Assembly: GCA_030704615.1 (NCBI GenBank)
Contig: CM060732.1
Location: 56,048,001 to 56,112,000, forward strand
Direction: 5' to 3'
DNA length: 64,000 nt
From: Takakia lepidozioides
Taxonomy: Eukaryota; Plantae; Bryophyta
Part shown: positions 30,080-51,654 of the stretch, in pieces
How positions within the stretch are numbered: position 1 is the first letter of the stretch
Layout: every line of letters starts with the position of its first letter
Notes under the pieces: generated by a model
Database searches by the model: none
What the model was told of the DNA's origin: nothing
Seen by the model: the letters and a program-made list of their open reading frames with translations, nothing else
Program-made: the position numbers and the translations under genes

Positions 30080-30400
30080 ACCACCTCTACTACTTCTCTC
30101 AAAATCGTCTTCCCAATAGGAATATGGTTCATACCTTGTCCCATCAGTTTTCCAAGTTTCGGATGCCTGACAATCTCAAGTTCTATGGTACATGTGACCT
30201 GGTCTCAGTTCCATGCAAATGGAATTCATGCAGAGTATCGGCATGTGGCATGATAACAGAAGATAAAATCACGAAAAACCTTAGTAGATAAGTAGGTAAT
30301 ATTTGTTCCCTGTGCTTGTGATATCTCCAACCGAAGACAATTTCATCACATTTAGCACAAAGCTCATCCATACCAGCCTGTGCTAAAACTTCTTTGATCA
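30080..30400 (-). mobile_element. Possible Penelope-like element remnant (N-terminal to RT)
   Basis: GH/CTIELEIVRHPKLGKLMGQGMNHIP resembles, from memory, the GHxxTxDLxI...L..L...G.N motif of Naiad/Chlamys-type Penelope-like elements. Confidence 0.4.
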
Positions 30401-31043
30401 ATCCTTTATTAGTAGTGAGCCACTCCATGCCTATGTTGGGGTACATCATATGAACATAGCCATATGGGGTTGGTCTTGGTCTCCAAATTGCCAACATCAT
30501 TTCTTGATTCAAAGTTATTAAAGCTACATTGCAAATGGCATGTGCAAGGATCCTACAAAATATCAACAATTTATGTGAAGGCCCAAATGCAATTTTGGCA
30601 GGGGCGCTTCACGTGGCTATGGCATTGTTGCTCGCAACTTCTTGACACCTTCGTTTGCAACTTCCTGAGAGAGTCCCACTGAACGTACTGCTGCCACTTT
30701 GCATGCCGTGGGGAGGAAGTAAAACATACCCCCTGATCACCGGGATTTGGCTCTCGTCTACTGTACTTTCAAAAAACAAAGTTTCTCCGTTCCTAGTTTC
30801 TCCGTTCCTCCGTTCCTATAAATTCAGTTTCTGCAGTCGCAGTCAGTCTCATCTCTCTAACGATCATAAGCCAAGAGCACATAAGTAGGTAGGCACGTAG
30901 AGGAGCGACTGTCTGTCCGTGGGCACATTGGGCACAGTTTTCAACTCAAGGATTGTGAGGGTGCAGATCTCTGTCTAGGCAGCTTAACTCTGTGAGTCAC
31001 CCATTTGGGCACCACTGGTTGGAAGATCAAGCTCGGAGGTTGA

Positions 31044-34307
<3,264 letters not shown>

Positions 34308-35224
34308 GAGCATATTGCAATTCAATAGAAGCGCAACCACATCTTGCAATGTGGTGGTCCTGTGGAACCCAATGTTACCCTTTCGGAGCACGCATGCTGA
34401 AAGCTGTACTTGCTTGTGGGAGATCTCAGCTCACAGCCTCACAATCAAATGACTAAATAATGATTGCCTGTCTATTTCCAGTGCAGTTCCATAGCTGCGA
34501 ACCTAGGTACTAGAGACAGAATCGAAAATGGGGGAAGCCATCTGGCAACTTTAAAGATTTGACTGTAAAGGATGGTGGACTTCAGATTTCCAATTCAGAC
34601 AATCACGGGTTATGTATGTTCTGGATGAGCATCACCGCACATCAGCACTGCACAGTTACCAACGTCCTACACCTTGTCGGGTATACAATTAGCCAGAGGT
34701 ACTTCAAACCCAGCACATAATCTTCATTCAGGTGTCAATGACGAGAGCTTTGTCAGTAGCACCTACAGAGAAGCCCAAGTAACCAGTGGCTGAAGAGCTT
34801 CCTCGTAATCAGACCAGCACGTATAGCAGTGCAACGCCAGATAAAGACTGACTTGCCAACATGGATTCTGTTGCTTTCTGCATTGAGATATGCCCCTGCA
34901 TGGACAATAGTTGATCGCTCTATAACGTGAGAGAAATCGTTGGCATGGAAATTTGTTTGGTCTCAATTTCCACACTTCAGTCATGTTGTGTTCATGCTTT
35001 TGTTGCCATGACTTTACCCACCCCGCTGCTGGCAAAATTGCCATTCTAGTGCCCAAATGTGCTACAGATAGCCACATGAGGCATTCCTCACTTAGCCAAC
35101 ACACACCACCTGGCTCACAAAAAAAGTACTCCCACAAATTTTGGTGTTCCACTTCCAACCAATAGCCTGGATTTCATACACTGCCCAACCCACCCAAACT
35201 TCAAAAATGGCATAGCGCCTATGG

Positions 35225-36170
35225 GCGCTGTGTTGGCGTACCTCAGATTCAATGTGCACTGCTTCTCCGCAATCTCAATCCCACAACACCCCAGCTGTTT
35301 ATTGCTCCTTCCAGTCTCGGATATGCCTGCAATGGGGTTGCACTCATCTATCACTGCAATCCAGCTGTTAGATCTTATCCTTTTACCCTGAGCTGCAGGA
35401 TGTGTATGTGGAGGCTCAATATGAGGAAGCCTACATGCTAAAAATTGTTCTGATAGCGTGTAATCTAACTTTGCACTAGCTTGAAGAGTACCAAGTCCGT
35501 TCGCTTCTGAGCAGCATTTCCTATGTGCCCCTGTTAGTCTTTGCCCCATTCTGCTCCAAATGGATTATCTACTGGACAGACATTTGGATAGGAGAGAGAT
35601 GCCTGACTGCACAGAGTCTTCGGGATTTTAACCAGAAAAGAAGCATAGACCGAGGGGGCTGTATGCGACGATCTCTAATTCCCTGCATGCACAAATGATC
35701 CTTGAAGAACAACTCAGTCTGATTGATCGACCCCTTTTCCATTGAAGAGCGAGCAAGATCGGGAACAGTTTTACTAGTGCGCAGTTAGGGTGTTTTGACA
35801 TGGCCACAATCCAAGATAAGAGGCCCCACTTCGCGTTTGTTGCTGCCGGTGGTAAGCCGTTACGAAAATTATCTCCCATCTGGATTGGAGGAGATCGACA
35901 AAAACACATTTGACAAATGAACTGAATCAAATGTAGAGAACCATGAAAAATTATGCCAAGTGCTAGACATCTTCATACCTGAGTACTACCATCAGTTCGA
36001 ATAGCATGTATAACTCAAGCCTGCAGGGGTAGGAATGAAGCCGTCTTGCACATCGCGAGAGAGACCACCCGACCTCGACGGCAGGGACGGGGTGCACAGC
36101 ATGAGCACGACGAATGTCTCCCGAGTTCTTTACCCTCCCCGCGTCAACCAGCTTGTTCATAGCGCCTACC
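35225..36170 (-). pseudogene. Aldo-keto reductase pseudogene (degraded exons 3, 4 and part of 5)
   Basis: VGAMNKLVDAGRVK-(deletion)[14 protein letters not shown], RELEIVAYSPLG, EIAEKQCTLN; deletions and frameshifts. Confidence 0.85.
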
Positions 36171-36417
36171 TGCACACAGAAGTAATACAGAATCCGAGCT
36201 GGCACCCACATATAGGCACAGTGTGAATCCCACAGCAACTGCTGACGAATAGAGTCTTCGGTTTTCTCTATACTACGCTGTCCACCTAACCCAAGGTGAA
36301 AGGCTCACAGCTTGCTCGACTGTAAGCCGAGATTGTCTTTGTCTGTGCGGATTTCTGTTGCAACGGGGGGCTGAATTCATGAGATAACTGCTCCCTGTAC
36401 AGTGGAGTGAAGTGGGG

Positions 36418-36448
<31 letters not shown>

Positions 36449-37272
36449 GACCATAAATTCAATTGCGCGAACTTGGTATTTTGGAACGTGGCCAAGTACA
36501 AAGGCTATTGAAACAAGTTTATTACCGGAATGCTCACTGTTTTCAATGATGCCCATATAATAGAGGTAGCTGGTTATAAATTGTGCTTTACAAATGTGCT
36601 ACTTTTACTTGTGCCCTTGATGCCTCTCAATGCTTAGATTGACTTAGCTGGCAGCTGGCCTCTTGCGCCTAGCCTCATGTTGATGACTTGGCTCCCATGT
36701 GGGGCATTAGTATGTAAACTATAAACCTCGTTGGAGGCAAAGGCAGCGGTATTTTGATGTGATTTTCAGGTGTACTTGGAGAGAGAGATGATTCGCTTAA
36801 TATAAGTGTATGTTTAGTAGTGAGAGACGAGAAGATGCAGTCTGTGAGAACTTATGTTGGTTGCATGTGTGTTTTAAGCATCCAGTGTCTGCCCTCTGCA
36901 TGTGATTCCCTCCTCACTGCGAAGCTCACGCCACCATGTTACATTCCCCAAATTCTAGCTTTAAGAGCATCTCAGCCCACCCTTGGTAACATCTCTTCTC
37001 TTGAACAGTGAGAAAGAAATAGATGAATTTTCAAGTTTATTATGGATGGAAGTAGATTCCACTAACACGGAGGAGTTAGCTGAAATGTTTGTTTGAATGA
37101 CTGGGATCATTGTGCTAATATATATACGTTCCCGTTCTTTGATCGGTGGTTAAATTCTAAACAGCCTCCCTGGAGGTAATACAATTATGATTAGAAAGGA
37201 ACAGAGCGAGAGAGATGGTGGTGTGGACACAAGTGCAGTGTTATCCGCTGTGCTCTTGAGTCGGGTTCAGCT

Positions 37273-41139
<3,867 letters not shown>

Positions 41140-42494
41140 GATGGTCACTTTTGTGCACTACATCCAATTCTCTGTAGCAGTGTCAAGTTTACACCAGAGC
41201 TCGATCACATGCACTCGGATTTCTTCAGGGGGCAGCTTAGTTTGGTGCGGCTGTGAGAGCTGGTCTGTCTATGGTCGTAAAATGAATCTGCTGAGAGCAT
41301 TCTTTGCCTTTCAGGTGCTACCAGGTGTACAGGTGGGCGCCTTGTTACCATTGATGATGTGAGGTGATTAAAATACATTTTGAGCTGTACATTGACATAA
41401 ATTCACTCATTGGAGTTGGCTTACTCCACCCTTATTTTTCGTAGATGCATGTATTTTTAATACCATGGACTTAGTGGGGACCCTTCTCACTCTACAGAGA
41501 CTCTGAAGGAGCCAGTTTCTTATTGTACGCCTGCAATGGAAAGACCGCACAATTGAAGTTTTCAGAACCAGCTGAAGACTTGATAGGGTTCCCCTGATTT
41601 TTGGATCAAAGAGTTTTCAGTTCAAGACTCTCTCTGAGTGAACATCTGATGGATTGTTATGTCAGTTTCGGTGTGTCTCTTCAATGATGTGGTGGATTCT
41701 TGGATCATTGTAGACTGGCCTAGATTTGACTGGTGTGCAGAAGCTGAAACAGTGAATCCGGTTTATCACTCCCATTTTAGGCTACAGCTCTTGCAAATCC
41801 TCTAGAGATCGGCTGATCCTTACATGTACTTTGGGCTGCGGACAAATTGACCATCCAACTCTTACATTGGTGATGAAAACGATCTCAAACATTCAGAGAA
41901 ATAGGTGGCTTTGTCTGGTTCTCTGTTGGGTCGGCTTCATTCATTTGGCTTGGGGCACCCGCTTCAATGTCAAACGTGGACAGTCTTCTTTTCCCACAGA
42001 TAGAGCTCAAAATTTGAAGCAGAAGGTGTCTAATTTTTAATTCAGCAAAGGAGGTTTTCAGGTTTTTGGATGCTTGAACGGTTGTGGGTGGCTAGAAAAC
42101 TGACTTGAGGAAGGTGCTGAGCACTGAGCAGCCCTTCTAAATTCATTTTGGGAATGCTGCTGACATGACTCCAAGAAGGTTACCGAAGAATGCTAAAGTG
42201 GTGATATTCTTTTTTCGGTCTCCAGTGCTGGCTACAGTCTATTAAACTCAATTTGTCATCCTACTTTTCTATAGTCTTTTTGCCCACAAATTTTGGCTGG
42301 ATCAGTAGTGAGTGAGGATTGCGAAGCGTTTCAACCAGTGGCATTCAATTCATGTAGAGGTTTTCGAGGGTTGTTGGGTGAGAAGAAAGACTAGAGGAAG
42401 TTGGAGATTTGCAGAGGAGATGGAGGTGTAGTGTGAGAGTGTGTTGGTGGGGGGGGGGGGGGGGGGGAGGAGAGAGGTTCTTGAAAGCTTGGTG

Positions 42495-44485
42495 ATGGAT
42501 GCAGCGGCGCTGTGGGAGGCGGCAGCACAGGGACGTACTGAGGAAGTAGAAGCGCTGGTGGCTGGGGGTGCGGATGTTTGCGATGGGGATGCGGCCGGGA
42601 TCACGCCGTTGATGCGCGCGGCGCAGAATGGGCACACGGATGTTGTGCGTGCGCTTCTGAAAGTGGGGGCACCCTGGAATGCCTTGGAACCTTCTGGACG
42701 CTGTGCGGGTGATTTTGCTATGGAAGCTGGCCATCAGGCGGCCTTTGATGCACTTCTGGATGCAGGTCATTTCTTTCGGTCTTGTGTGCACTGCAACTCT
42801 GTCTTCTCTCTTCAAGGTTTTCATTTTATTAGACTCGGTCACAATGCTGTGTGCTGGAATTGAAATAACAGTGTCATTTACTAGTCTGCCAGCTGGTAAA
42901 ATGCCCCAAAATTCTCTGATCGGCTGCAAGGCATTAATCACCTTCCTTTAATGATCTGCTGCAATGCAGCTCATTGTAACTTGCAGGTTGAATTCAAAGA
43001 TAAGCATTGAACGCTTGGTAGCTACAGAATCGCATCAAGACCCTAAAGCATGATACATGGAGAGGTTATACAAACTCAGCACCTGGGTGAAGGGGCCTTC
43101 TTCACTGATATATCATGTAAACGTGTGAAGTTATCAGTTTCAATAGTAAGTTTGAGGTCTTTACTGAATTCAGACAAAATGTGGATGCAGGTGTGCAGGC
43201 AGAGCTAATTTTGGGAGCAGTAGAGAGGCAGGATAAGCAGGTGGTGGAAGCTTCCGGCCAGCCATACCTGCAACAACGAGTGGAGTATAGTGAGGATAGG
43301 CTTATGGATGAAGAAAGGAAGGGTGTCATGATGGCATGGGAGAAGCCTCTGATGGAGGCTCATGCGAGAGCTATTACAGCAAATGGAGGACATATCTTGA
43401 ATGTGGGCTTTGGAATGGGTCTTGTTGATACAGCCATCCAAGGGTATAATCCTGCATCACACACTATTATTGAGGCTCACCCAGATGTCTACAAGCGCAT
43501 GCTGGCCACAGGTTGGGGTGAGAAGCCTAACGTGCGCATCATAATTGGACGTTGGCAAGATGTGCTCCCTCAGTTAAGCACTTACGATGGTACTGCTTCT
43601 ATTCACCAGTTGCATCTGTTACTCAAATATGGCTTTCTTGTTTGTATCCAACCTTGTGGACATTTTGTGTCAAGTTCTATCAAGATGTATGCTTTGACAA
43701 CAGCCGTTTGTCGTCTGATCTCCCTGGATATAGTAGCTTTATGCAGTGGTGACCCTTGACTCTTTCTACACTCATTGACAGAGCTGTTGGCTCAGAAGGT
43801 TCCTCCACTGGGCTCATAGCTGCCCTTAGAACCACGGGATAGCATGGGAATTGAGCTTATATTAAACCTGTTAAGTGGCAGAAAAGTGCAATATCAACTG
43901 TCAACTTTTGTTTCTGAATAACCTGTCTACATGAGGAAGTGAGGCTTTTTGGTAAGGTAGATTACTGAGGTCCGCTTGGAGGTAGTGACATTGATGTTCA
44001 TGTGAGGCAAATGCAGTACATCAGAGTCCTGAGACTTTAAATTAGGAAAATTGATGTAATAGCTGGGATGGTGTCACTTCAGTTGCAGAATTACGGGGAT
44101 TGAAATAATTCTACAAATAAATGCTTCCATTGTTTACCTGTCTACGTTGGGCTGGGTCATGTGTGCAGGAATATTTTTTGATACTTATGGAGAGTATTAT
44201 GATGACTTGAAGGCATTCCATGATTGTCTTCCCAAACTACTTAAGAGGGGAGGCATCTATTCCTACTTCAATGGTTTGTGTGCAACGAATGCCTTTTTCC
44301 ATGTTGTTTATTGTCAAATTGTGGCTTTAGAACTTGCACATCTGGGCTTGACTACACAGTTTATCCCCTTGCCAGTGAAGGATTGCTTGGATGAAAAGAC
44401 ATGGTTGGGAGTTTACCATAAATATTGGCAATTAGATACGTATTTTTTACCCGTCAGTCAAAATAGTGAAGAGGATGAGTCATAA
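42495..44485 (+). CDS. RMT2: Ankyrin-repeat protein arginine N-methyltransferase 2 (RMT2-type). Exons 42495-42765, 43191-43589, 44169-44485
   Basis: Ankyrin TPLMRAAQNGH..GAPWNAL; VMMAWEKPLMEAHA; ILNVGFGMGLVD; HTIIEAHPDV; GRWQDV; DGIFFDTYGEYY; YSYFNGL. Confidence 0.93.
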
Positions 44486-45365
44486 GAGTATCTGCTCTAC
44501 CCAGGACATAATGCAAGTGAAGTTTGTGTTGCACTTCTGGCACAGTTTGCTAATGTATTCCTGAGTTGCTGGTAAATGGTTGTGTACTTCGACATTTGTA
44601 GTGAATACTCCACAGATTCGGCCATTGTCTGCTAAATTTTTTAAATCCATGAGGGAAACAAGTAGTGGCTGGTGTTTTTGGAGGATCTTTACAATATGCA
44701 GAACTGCAAGCTGTATTCTCCTAGTCTTGCTCATCATTTGATGGATGAATCGTTCGCGTCATCATCATCCATCTACTCATTGAGCACACTGTCACATGCT
44801 TCTGGCCTACTCACTTAGGAGTGGGAAATGGATCACCGTTGTGGGAAGACTGCATATAGAACAGTGTCTGAAGAATGGCCAAGTATTCAGTGTTTGCAGA
44901 GACCTGTAAACTCCACATTTTCAATCTGGAATTCCTCGCACAAGCACACAGCATTCTACCACCTAAAATATGCGGTCCTAAAGAAGCGCTTCACTATCAT
45001 CACCATACCACATTCATTTGTGCTTTGAGCCAGCCTAAAGTGAACTGTGTTCTGTAAATTTTGAGCTGTCAGTGCTGCCTCTTGGGCTGTTAAAGATACA
45101 ACCACCTCGTGTTGAAGCAAATACGCCCTTTGATGGATTCAAACTTTCAAGCTTCAGAGAGATGGACGTGTAAAGTGCAACGTGTGAGCAACAAGACATC
45201 TTGTATCAAGTACCAAAGCAAACCCAAGCATCAGTGTTTATAGATAGGGCCTCACTCTATCATCATCTTCTTTTGCATCCACCCAAAACCTTCGTTGTCA
45301 TTCCGGTATAAGTTACTGGGCTGTTTGCAGTGTGAGCACGCACGAAGGAAGAAGGGAGGCCAGCG

Positions 45366-48300
45366 ATGGCTGGAGCTGGGACAGCGCTGGTCTCCTCCCT
45401 TCCTCGAACTGGGCTGCTGCGGCATCGCTCTCAGTCCTACCATCATATTCTGCAGCCCACGTACTCGCATCTCTTCTGCCCCTCCCTAGCTCGTTTTGGG
45501 CTCTCGCCGTCTCATGCTATGCTAATACTCAGCTCCTGCGCTAAGTCCTCAGGCTCCAAGCATGTAGCGCTCCCCCCTGCGCATTCTATCACAGGTTCTC
45601 TTCCCTGTATTGGGTATGGCGCACGCTCCAATAGCAGTCTGACTGGAGAAATGCAGAGTGGTTTCACTGTCCGTGCAATTCCAGGATTTCCTAGGGTATG
45701 GAGGTCTGGGCTTTCAATGAGGGCGAAAGTAGCAGACGCGGAGACGGTTGCGGAGCCGAGTGTGAATGCGGGAGGAGATAGTAAGCAACGGTTTTCGTTC
45801 TCCGTGCCGCCGTTCCAAAAGAGATTGCGCATAGCTGATATCAAAGGGGGAGCCGATGGGGGATTAGAGCGCGTGGGACAGCACATGGTTGTGCGGGGCT
45901 GGGTTCGGACCTGTCGGTTGCAGAAGACTTTCACATTTATTGAGGTAGGATAAAGGCTCATTGATCACTCCTATAATTTACTTGTGAGAGTGGCATGTCA
46001 GCTCTCAAGTGCATTGCCTGATTGGGCTTTAGAGAGTCAGTGCTGCAAGATTGTCCAGGCCATGTCTGCGTCTGCGGTGATACTTTTCAGAGCTCAAATG
46101 CGGGGTCTTATCTAACAACGCAGTTGTCAAAGCACAAGAGAGTATGAGTTGGATTGGAATTGCTTAAATCCCTCTTATACCTCAATTGATCGGTTTTAGT
46201 TGATACTTGATTCCTCATGAGCATATCATATATCTGAAGCATACCTTCCAGAAAAACCTTCCAAAGCCCCAAAATCATGACTGTCTGAAACTAAATTCAA
46301 GTAATAGGAAATTATGCCAAAGTTGTCTTCTGACATTATCATGAGCAGCGCGTACTTCCCGATTGTGGTGGGCTCTTGTAGAGTGGGTTGTTCGTCAGAA
46401 ATGTATGGATGTTAGAATTGGCAGCTGCTGTGTTCAGAAATCTAATGTCTATGATGGATGCCTGGGCTTGGGTCGCAACGATGGTAGTTGAATGATGGGT
46501 CTGCTGTCTCCAATCTCCAAGCAGTGGTGAATTTGGACATTGATGGCTATGACAAGGTATGTACCTCTCATGCGTTGTTTGCTGTGATCTGGATTACCAA
46601 GTTAGAAGTCATTACGTTGATAGGATCTGAGCACTGGCAGGTAGAGAGACCTGGCTGGATGATGTGGGTATCTCCACGGTCCTGCATTGCTTCAGCGACC
46701 CAAACTCTAAACTTTTGTGCCTAATAGTTTGAAAGGACTCAAATTTCATTGTTTTTCCCATAATAGATATTTCTCATTCTAAGTGCCTTTTAGTTGGCAG
46801 CTGAAGTCTAGAGTTCATATGTGATTGAGCACTCACTGTTATTAGTTGAGTTTTGTGATAACTTGCTGCAACCGTAAAGGCCTGTTCAAACGTAATAGCA
46901 TGAAGTTTAGAGTTCACTCACCAAGTCAAGAATTTGGTCTTCTCTGGGTAGGCCTTGGCTAATTTGTTCAACATACAGACACAATTGTTGTCAGGTCATA
47001 ATGTTGGTTGTCTGTCATCAAGTGATGTTCAATTAAGTCAAGGGGGCAGGTTGTGGCAGATAGAGGCAGGTCTGGTGACTACCGGAGCTTCAGTGGCCAT
47101 CGAAGGCGAATTGGTTGAAAGCGTCGGCTCCAAGCAGAAGGTGGAGCTCAAGGCCTCGAAAATCACTTTGGTTGTACAATGCCCCCTCTCCACTCCCTTC
47201 CTTTTTGTCTCTTGTACTTTTCTCTTTTCATTCTTCTTTTTTGTACCTGCAAGTAAATGTATGTCAATCTCTTTGGGCTGAACATTATGGTTTTTAGTAC
47301 GATGTCCATACCAGCTCTCAAGACCAAGCTCTCAATGCTCCTGTAGGTTTACATGGGAAAGCTCAAGATTTTTGGGAGCTTACATGGTGGTGGGTGCAAA
47401 CCCCACAGTGAGGTCTAGGAGGGTCAGTTAATGCAGGGCATTGCTAGGGTGTATAGGGAATGTTCAGTGAGTGGATATTCCGAATATCACTTTGCATTGC
47501 TCTTGTTTCTTGCGTTCATAAAGTTTCTCTGTCTGCTTCTCACACATTCAAAGAATGATGACTTGCCGATAGCCTCTGGGAGAGAAAGTTGTGATCTGAC
47601 ATCCTTAGTGGGCTGCTGCTGAGGCTGGAATGCAGATAGGAGGCACCAATGCTGCCACTTTCCCTATACAAAAGAAGAAAGTGAGCCGTGAGTTTCTGCG
47701 CTCTGTAGCCCATCTACGTCCTCGAACTAACACGTTTGGTGCGGTATATCTCCTTGCTCATTCCCCCCTTCTATGGGGTTTGATTGACTTTTTGTTGTTC
47801 CTGAGCAGTGAGAGACACACAACCAAACCACAACTGTGGCAGATCTGGACATGCAAGAGATATCAGGATTGGATTTGCAGTAACTGTCAAGATGTTAATG
47901 AGGTGCACATATCGTAGGTAGCAAGGGTGCGGAATGCTCTGGCGTACGCCACTCATCAGTTTTTCAAGGAAAACGGGTTCGTGTGGGTGGCCAGCCCCAT
48001 CATCACTGCCTCTGACTGTGAAGGTGCTGGAGAACAGTTCTGCGTGACCACTTTGGTACTTCATTTGCTTCTGCCAGTGCTTCGATTGTCCCCCTTAAGA
48101 GCCACTCTGCTTAGATGTGGAAATTATTGGTTCTTTTGTTGTGAGTTGTTGTAATACAATCTAGCAGCTGTAAGTTATAAGAAGAAATAAAATGCAGTGA
48201 GAAGATAATTTCATTATCATACCCTGGTGGGTGAAAATTCTGTGTGTTCAATGTGGTCTGACACCTAGTGCCCGATTCTCATGAAGTTAAGACGACACTC

Positions 48301-51300
48301 TTTTCTACTGAGTTTGGCCCACGCTTATGTGGATAAGTGTGGAGTACAGATTCCAAGTTCACATCAAGATTCAAGTACACCATTGACAAAAATTCCCAGC
48401 ACCAAAGAAGGCCTTCTTGATTGGTCACAGGTCTGTCCTTTCAGTTGATTCACAATCTATGCCTCATCATACCAAATAATGTTTGGGTACGTAATAACGG
48501 CAACTATAGAACTCTGCAGGGTAGTGTGCCTTGTAATTTTGCTTGTATGAACTGTTTGGGCTTTATAAGTAGTTGTGCAAGTGAAACCTCCAAATCTTGG
48601 TCAATGTATTGCAGGATTTTTTTGGGAGACCCGCTTTTCTTACTGTTTCAGGACAGCTCAATGCAGAGATTTACGCCACTGCTTTATGTGACGTATGTCC
48701 TCTTCAACCAATTGCCATATTCTGTGTTGCTCTTAAACTCTACGTCCACCCACCCACCCACCACAAGCTAGATGACCGTGCTGTTTGGAGATAATTTCTG
48801 TGGTCGATGTTAAGTTGGTTTCTGATGTGGTACATACAGGTTTACACTTTTGGCCCCACATTTCGAGCGGAAAACTCCAATACATCACGCCATCTCGCAG
48901 AGTTCTGGGTAGTGCTTCCTGGCTGTGTGCTTGGTGTTGGTAGCAATTGCCACCGTACATGCCGTCCCCTCAAGATAGTGTCTTATCGTACTTTGTTTGC
49001 CACTTGTCCATGCATCTCTTTCTCTTTTCCAGCTCCCGGAAGCATTTCGTCGCTTGCTCTATGATTTCTTATTCATGGACGTTGATAATCCTATATTCTG
49101 CAGTGACATTATGGCCAAAAATCATCAGATTTTTGAATGGAGCATGCAGATGATAGAACCGGAGCTTGCATTTGCTGATCTGAAGAATGATATGGCATGT
49201 GCCACTGCCTATCTCCAGTATGTCGTACGTGACACATTCCAGGGCTCTCTTGTTGGTGCTTGAACATGGGCTTACCAACTCTTTTGGCTTAAGAAACTTT
49301 AGCGGTATGAAGTACATTGATATTGTAGGGAGATGGTTGATACTTCCCCTGGGTTTACTACATAGATCACATTTGAATCGTAACACCAACTATGAAAAGT
49401 CGAATTGTCAGTCTGTTGACCATCAGCTCAAGGACAGTACCCAGTTTGAAAAGTGTCTAGCACTGGTACTGACAGCCACTCTCTGTGCTCTGCAGGTGAG
49501 GTATGTGTTGGATAACTGCAAGGAGGATATGGAGTTTTTCAACCAGTGGGTAGAGAAGGGCATCATCGACCGCCTTATGGTATGCTCTTCCTCCCCACCT
49601 CTCTTAATTTGAAATTTTCTCCCTATGCTTGCCTCTTGTGTAGAATTTCATTCAAATTGGGCAAGGCTTCTCTATCACATGAATTTTTTCTCCCTTTTAT
49701 GTTTGGACCTGGAATGGCAAGAGCAGACCTAACGATTGAGAAGTTAGCAATGAGATGGTGCTGAATTGTTAACATCTTGAAACCACTTCTCACTGTGTGT
49801 TTGATGCACATGTAATTGGTCAGGTCAATGGCTGACTAAGCCTACAATACTCTGTGGTGTTCAGAATGTGGTGGAGAAGGACTTTATTCATGTGACATAC
49901 ACTGACGCAGTTGCACTCCTGCAAGAGGCAAAGAAGAAATTTGAGTTTCCTGTAATGACCTGTTCCTATCTCCCCTTGTTGCTGCTGATGTGGAACTCAA
50001 TATCCAAGCTTCTAAGGTGGTTAGGAGAAGATTTACCTCTCGATGACCTTGTACTGGGCAGGTGATGCCAGAAAATCATTTTCAGTAGCTGCTGCATGGT
50101 GATCTTACAATTTGTGGGTACCCACTTCCCTGTAGCAAATTCCAGGAGAGGTTTGCTCGAGCATCTCTTGCTTTGTGATAATAGCCGAGGTTAGTGGGTT
50201 GGCAGAAATTTTAGTCGGGATATTCCACAACCTGATTATGACAGAGTGTTCAGGAGAACATGGTGTGAAGGTGGGATGACTCAAAGGTACTACACAAGTT
50301 ACCACAAGTGTGGGTGCGTGGGTGGGAACGGCAGGTGCAATGGGGATGTGACTTGCAAAGTGAGCACGAACGCTTCCTTACAGAGGAGGTGTTTAAAGGC
50401 ACCCCAGTCATAGTAACTGACTATCCAAAGGTGAGGCTTATTTTGCACCCACCAGACATTTCCAACATCGGTGTCTCCCTTCAGACACACAATGAAACGA
50501 AAAACAATCGTGCATAGTCCTTGAGTGGTCCTGCACAACACATTAGAGTCTTCTGACATACATCCACCAGTCCTATGACTCGTTTGCTAGTGGAGGTATA
50601 GGAGATTGAGTTGATGTACTCTGCTTGTCTTAGCAGTCACTTTTCTCTATTCACGTTCGTGTAGAGAACGGACTCGTAGGTGTACTAATTCACACTTCGA
50701 TAGGTGTCATTGTCTTGCAGCCATACCTTGCATCTTGTAACCTCTCCCACTTGACAAAATGAGGGTGGAAATGCCATACCTCTTCCACCTGGATCTTCAC
50801 TGGAGCTGACAGTAAATTTTAGTTTCCTTGCACTAACAGAGCATGCATCCTTCTGTGGTGTGTATTGCTATACAGGACATCAAGGCCTTCTACATGAGGG
50901 AGAATGAGGATGGAAAGACAGTGGCTGCCATGGATGTGTTAGTCCCAAGGGTATTCTCCTTCCCTAAAGCTCCTCTGCGCCTTGGTTTTTTACTTGGGTT
51001 ATGTTTATCTAAGAAAGGGGTGTGAGTGTGAGTTGTAGGACATCAACCCCTAGTAATTTGAGGTTGTTGTCCTTGCCCATGGTCAGGTGGGAGAGCTGAT
51101 TGGGGGAAGTCAACGTGAAGAGCGGCTTGAGGTCCTGGAGGGACGAATTGAGGAGCTTGGTCTGAACAAGGAGAGCTATTGGTGGTACCTTGATCTTCGT
51201 CGATATGGGTCTGGTGAGTTCTGTTATGAGCCTGTTACGCAAGCCGCTCTCAATCTGCTTCCTTGATCGTATCGATACAGTGGTGGCATCAGTACAGGCC

Positions 51301-51654
51301 ATATCTCTAGAGGTGATCCACGATTTGCTGCCTGGGGTTGAAATCATGGGTGACACCAGTCCAAAGTGCAACTGGGTTGAACAAATTGGCAATTAACAGT
51401 TAACCCAAGTCAGCGATGTCTGTCACAGTACCTGTATGTCATTGTCCAATGACACTGACCAGTGTTATCTTTTTCTCCCTCAAAGTGACGGACTTTCTTA
51501 TTAAATTGGCTATGTCTGTCCTGTTGGGTTGTGTGCAGTGCCACATGCGGGATTTGGGTTGGGTTTTGAGAGACTGGTGCAGTTTGCTACAGGCATTGAA
51601 AACATCCGGGATGTTATTCCCTTTCCTAGGACTCCTGGATCAGCAGATTTCTAA
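45366..51654 (+). CDS. SYNO: Asparagine-tRNA ligase, chloroplast/mitochondrial, 15 exons
   Basis: Transit peptide; OB-fold VRGWVRT..FIELNDGS; HLRPRTN; [15 protein letters not shown]; FLTVSGQL; [27 protein letters not shown]; [13 protein letters not shown]; [11 protein letters not shown]; [11 protein letters not shown]; [10 protein letters not shown]. Confidence 0.95.

Noticed and set aside
45366-51654. Non-canonical (GC-AG or AT-AC) introns in the AsnRS gene
   Set aside because: All 14 introns I traced are GT-AG.
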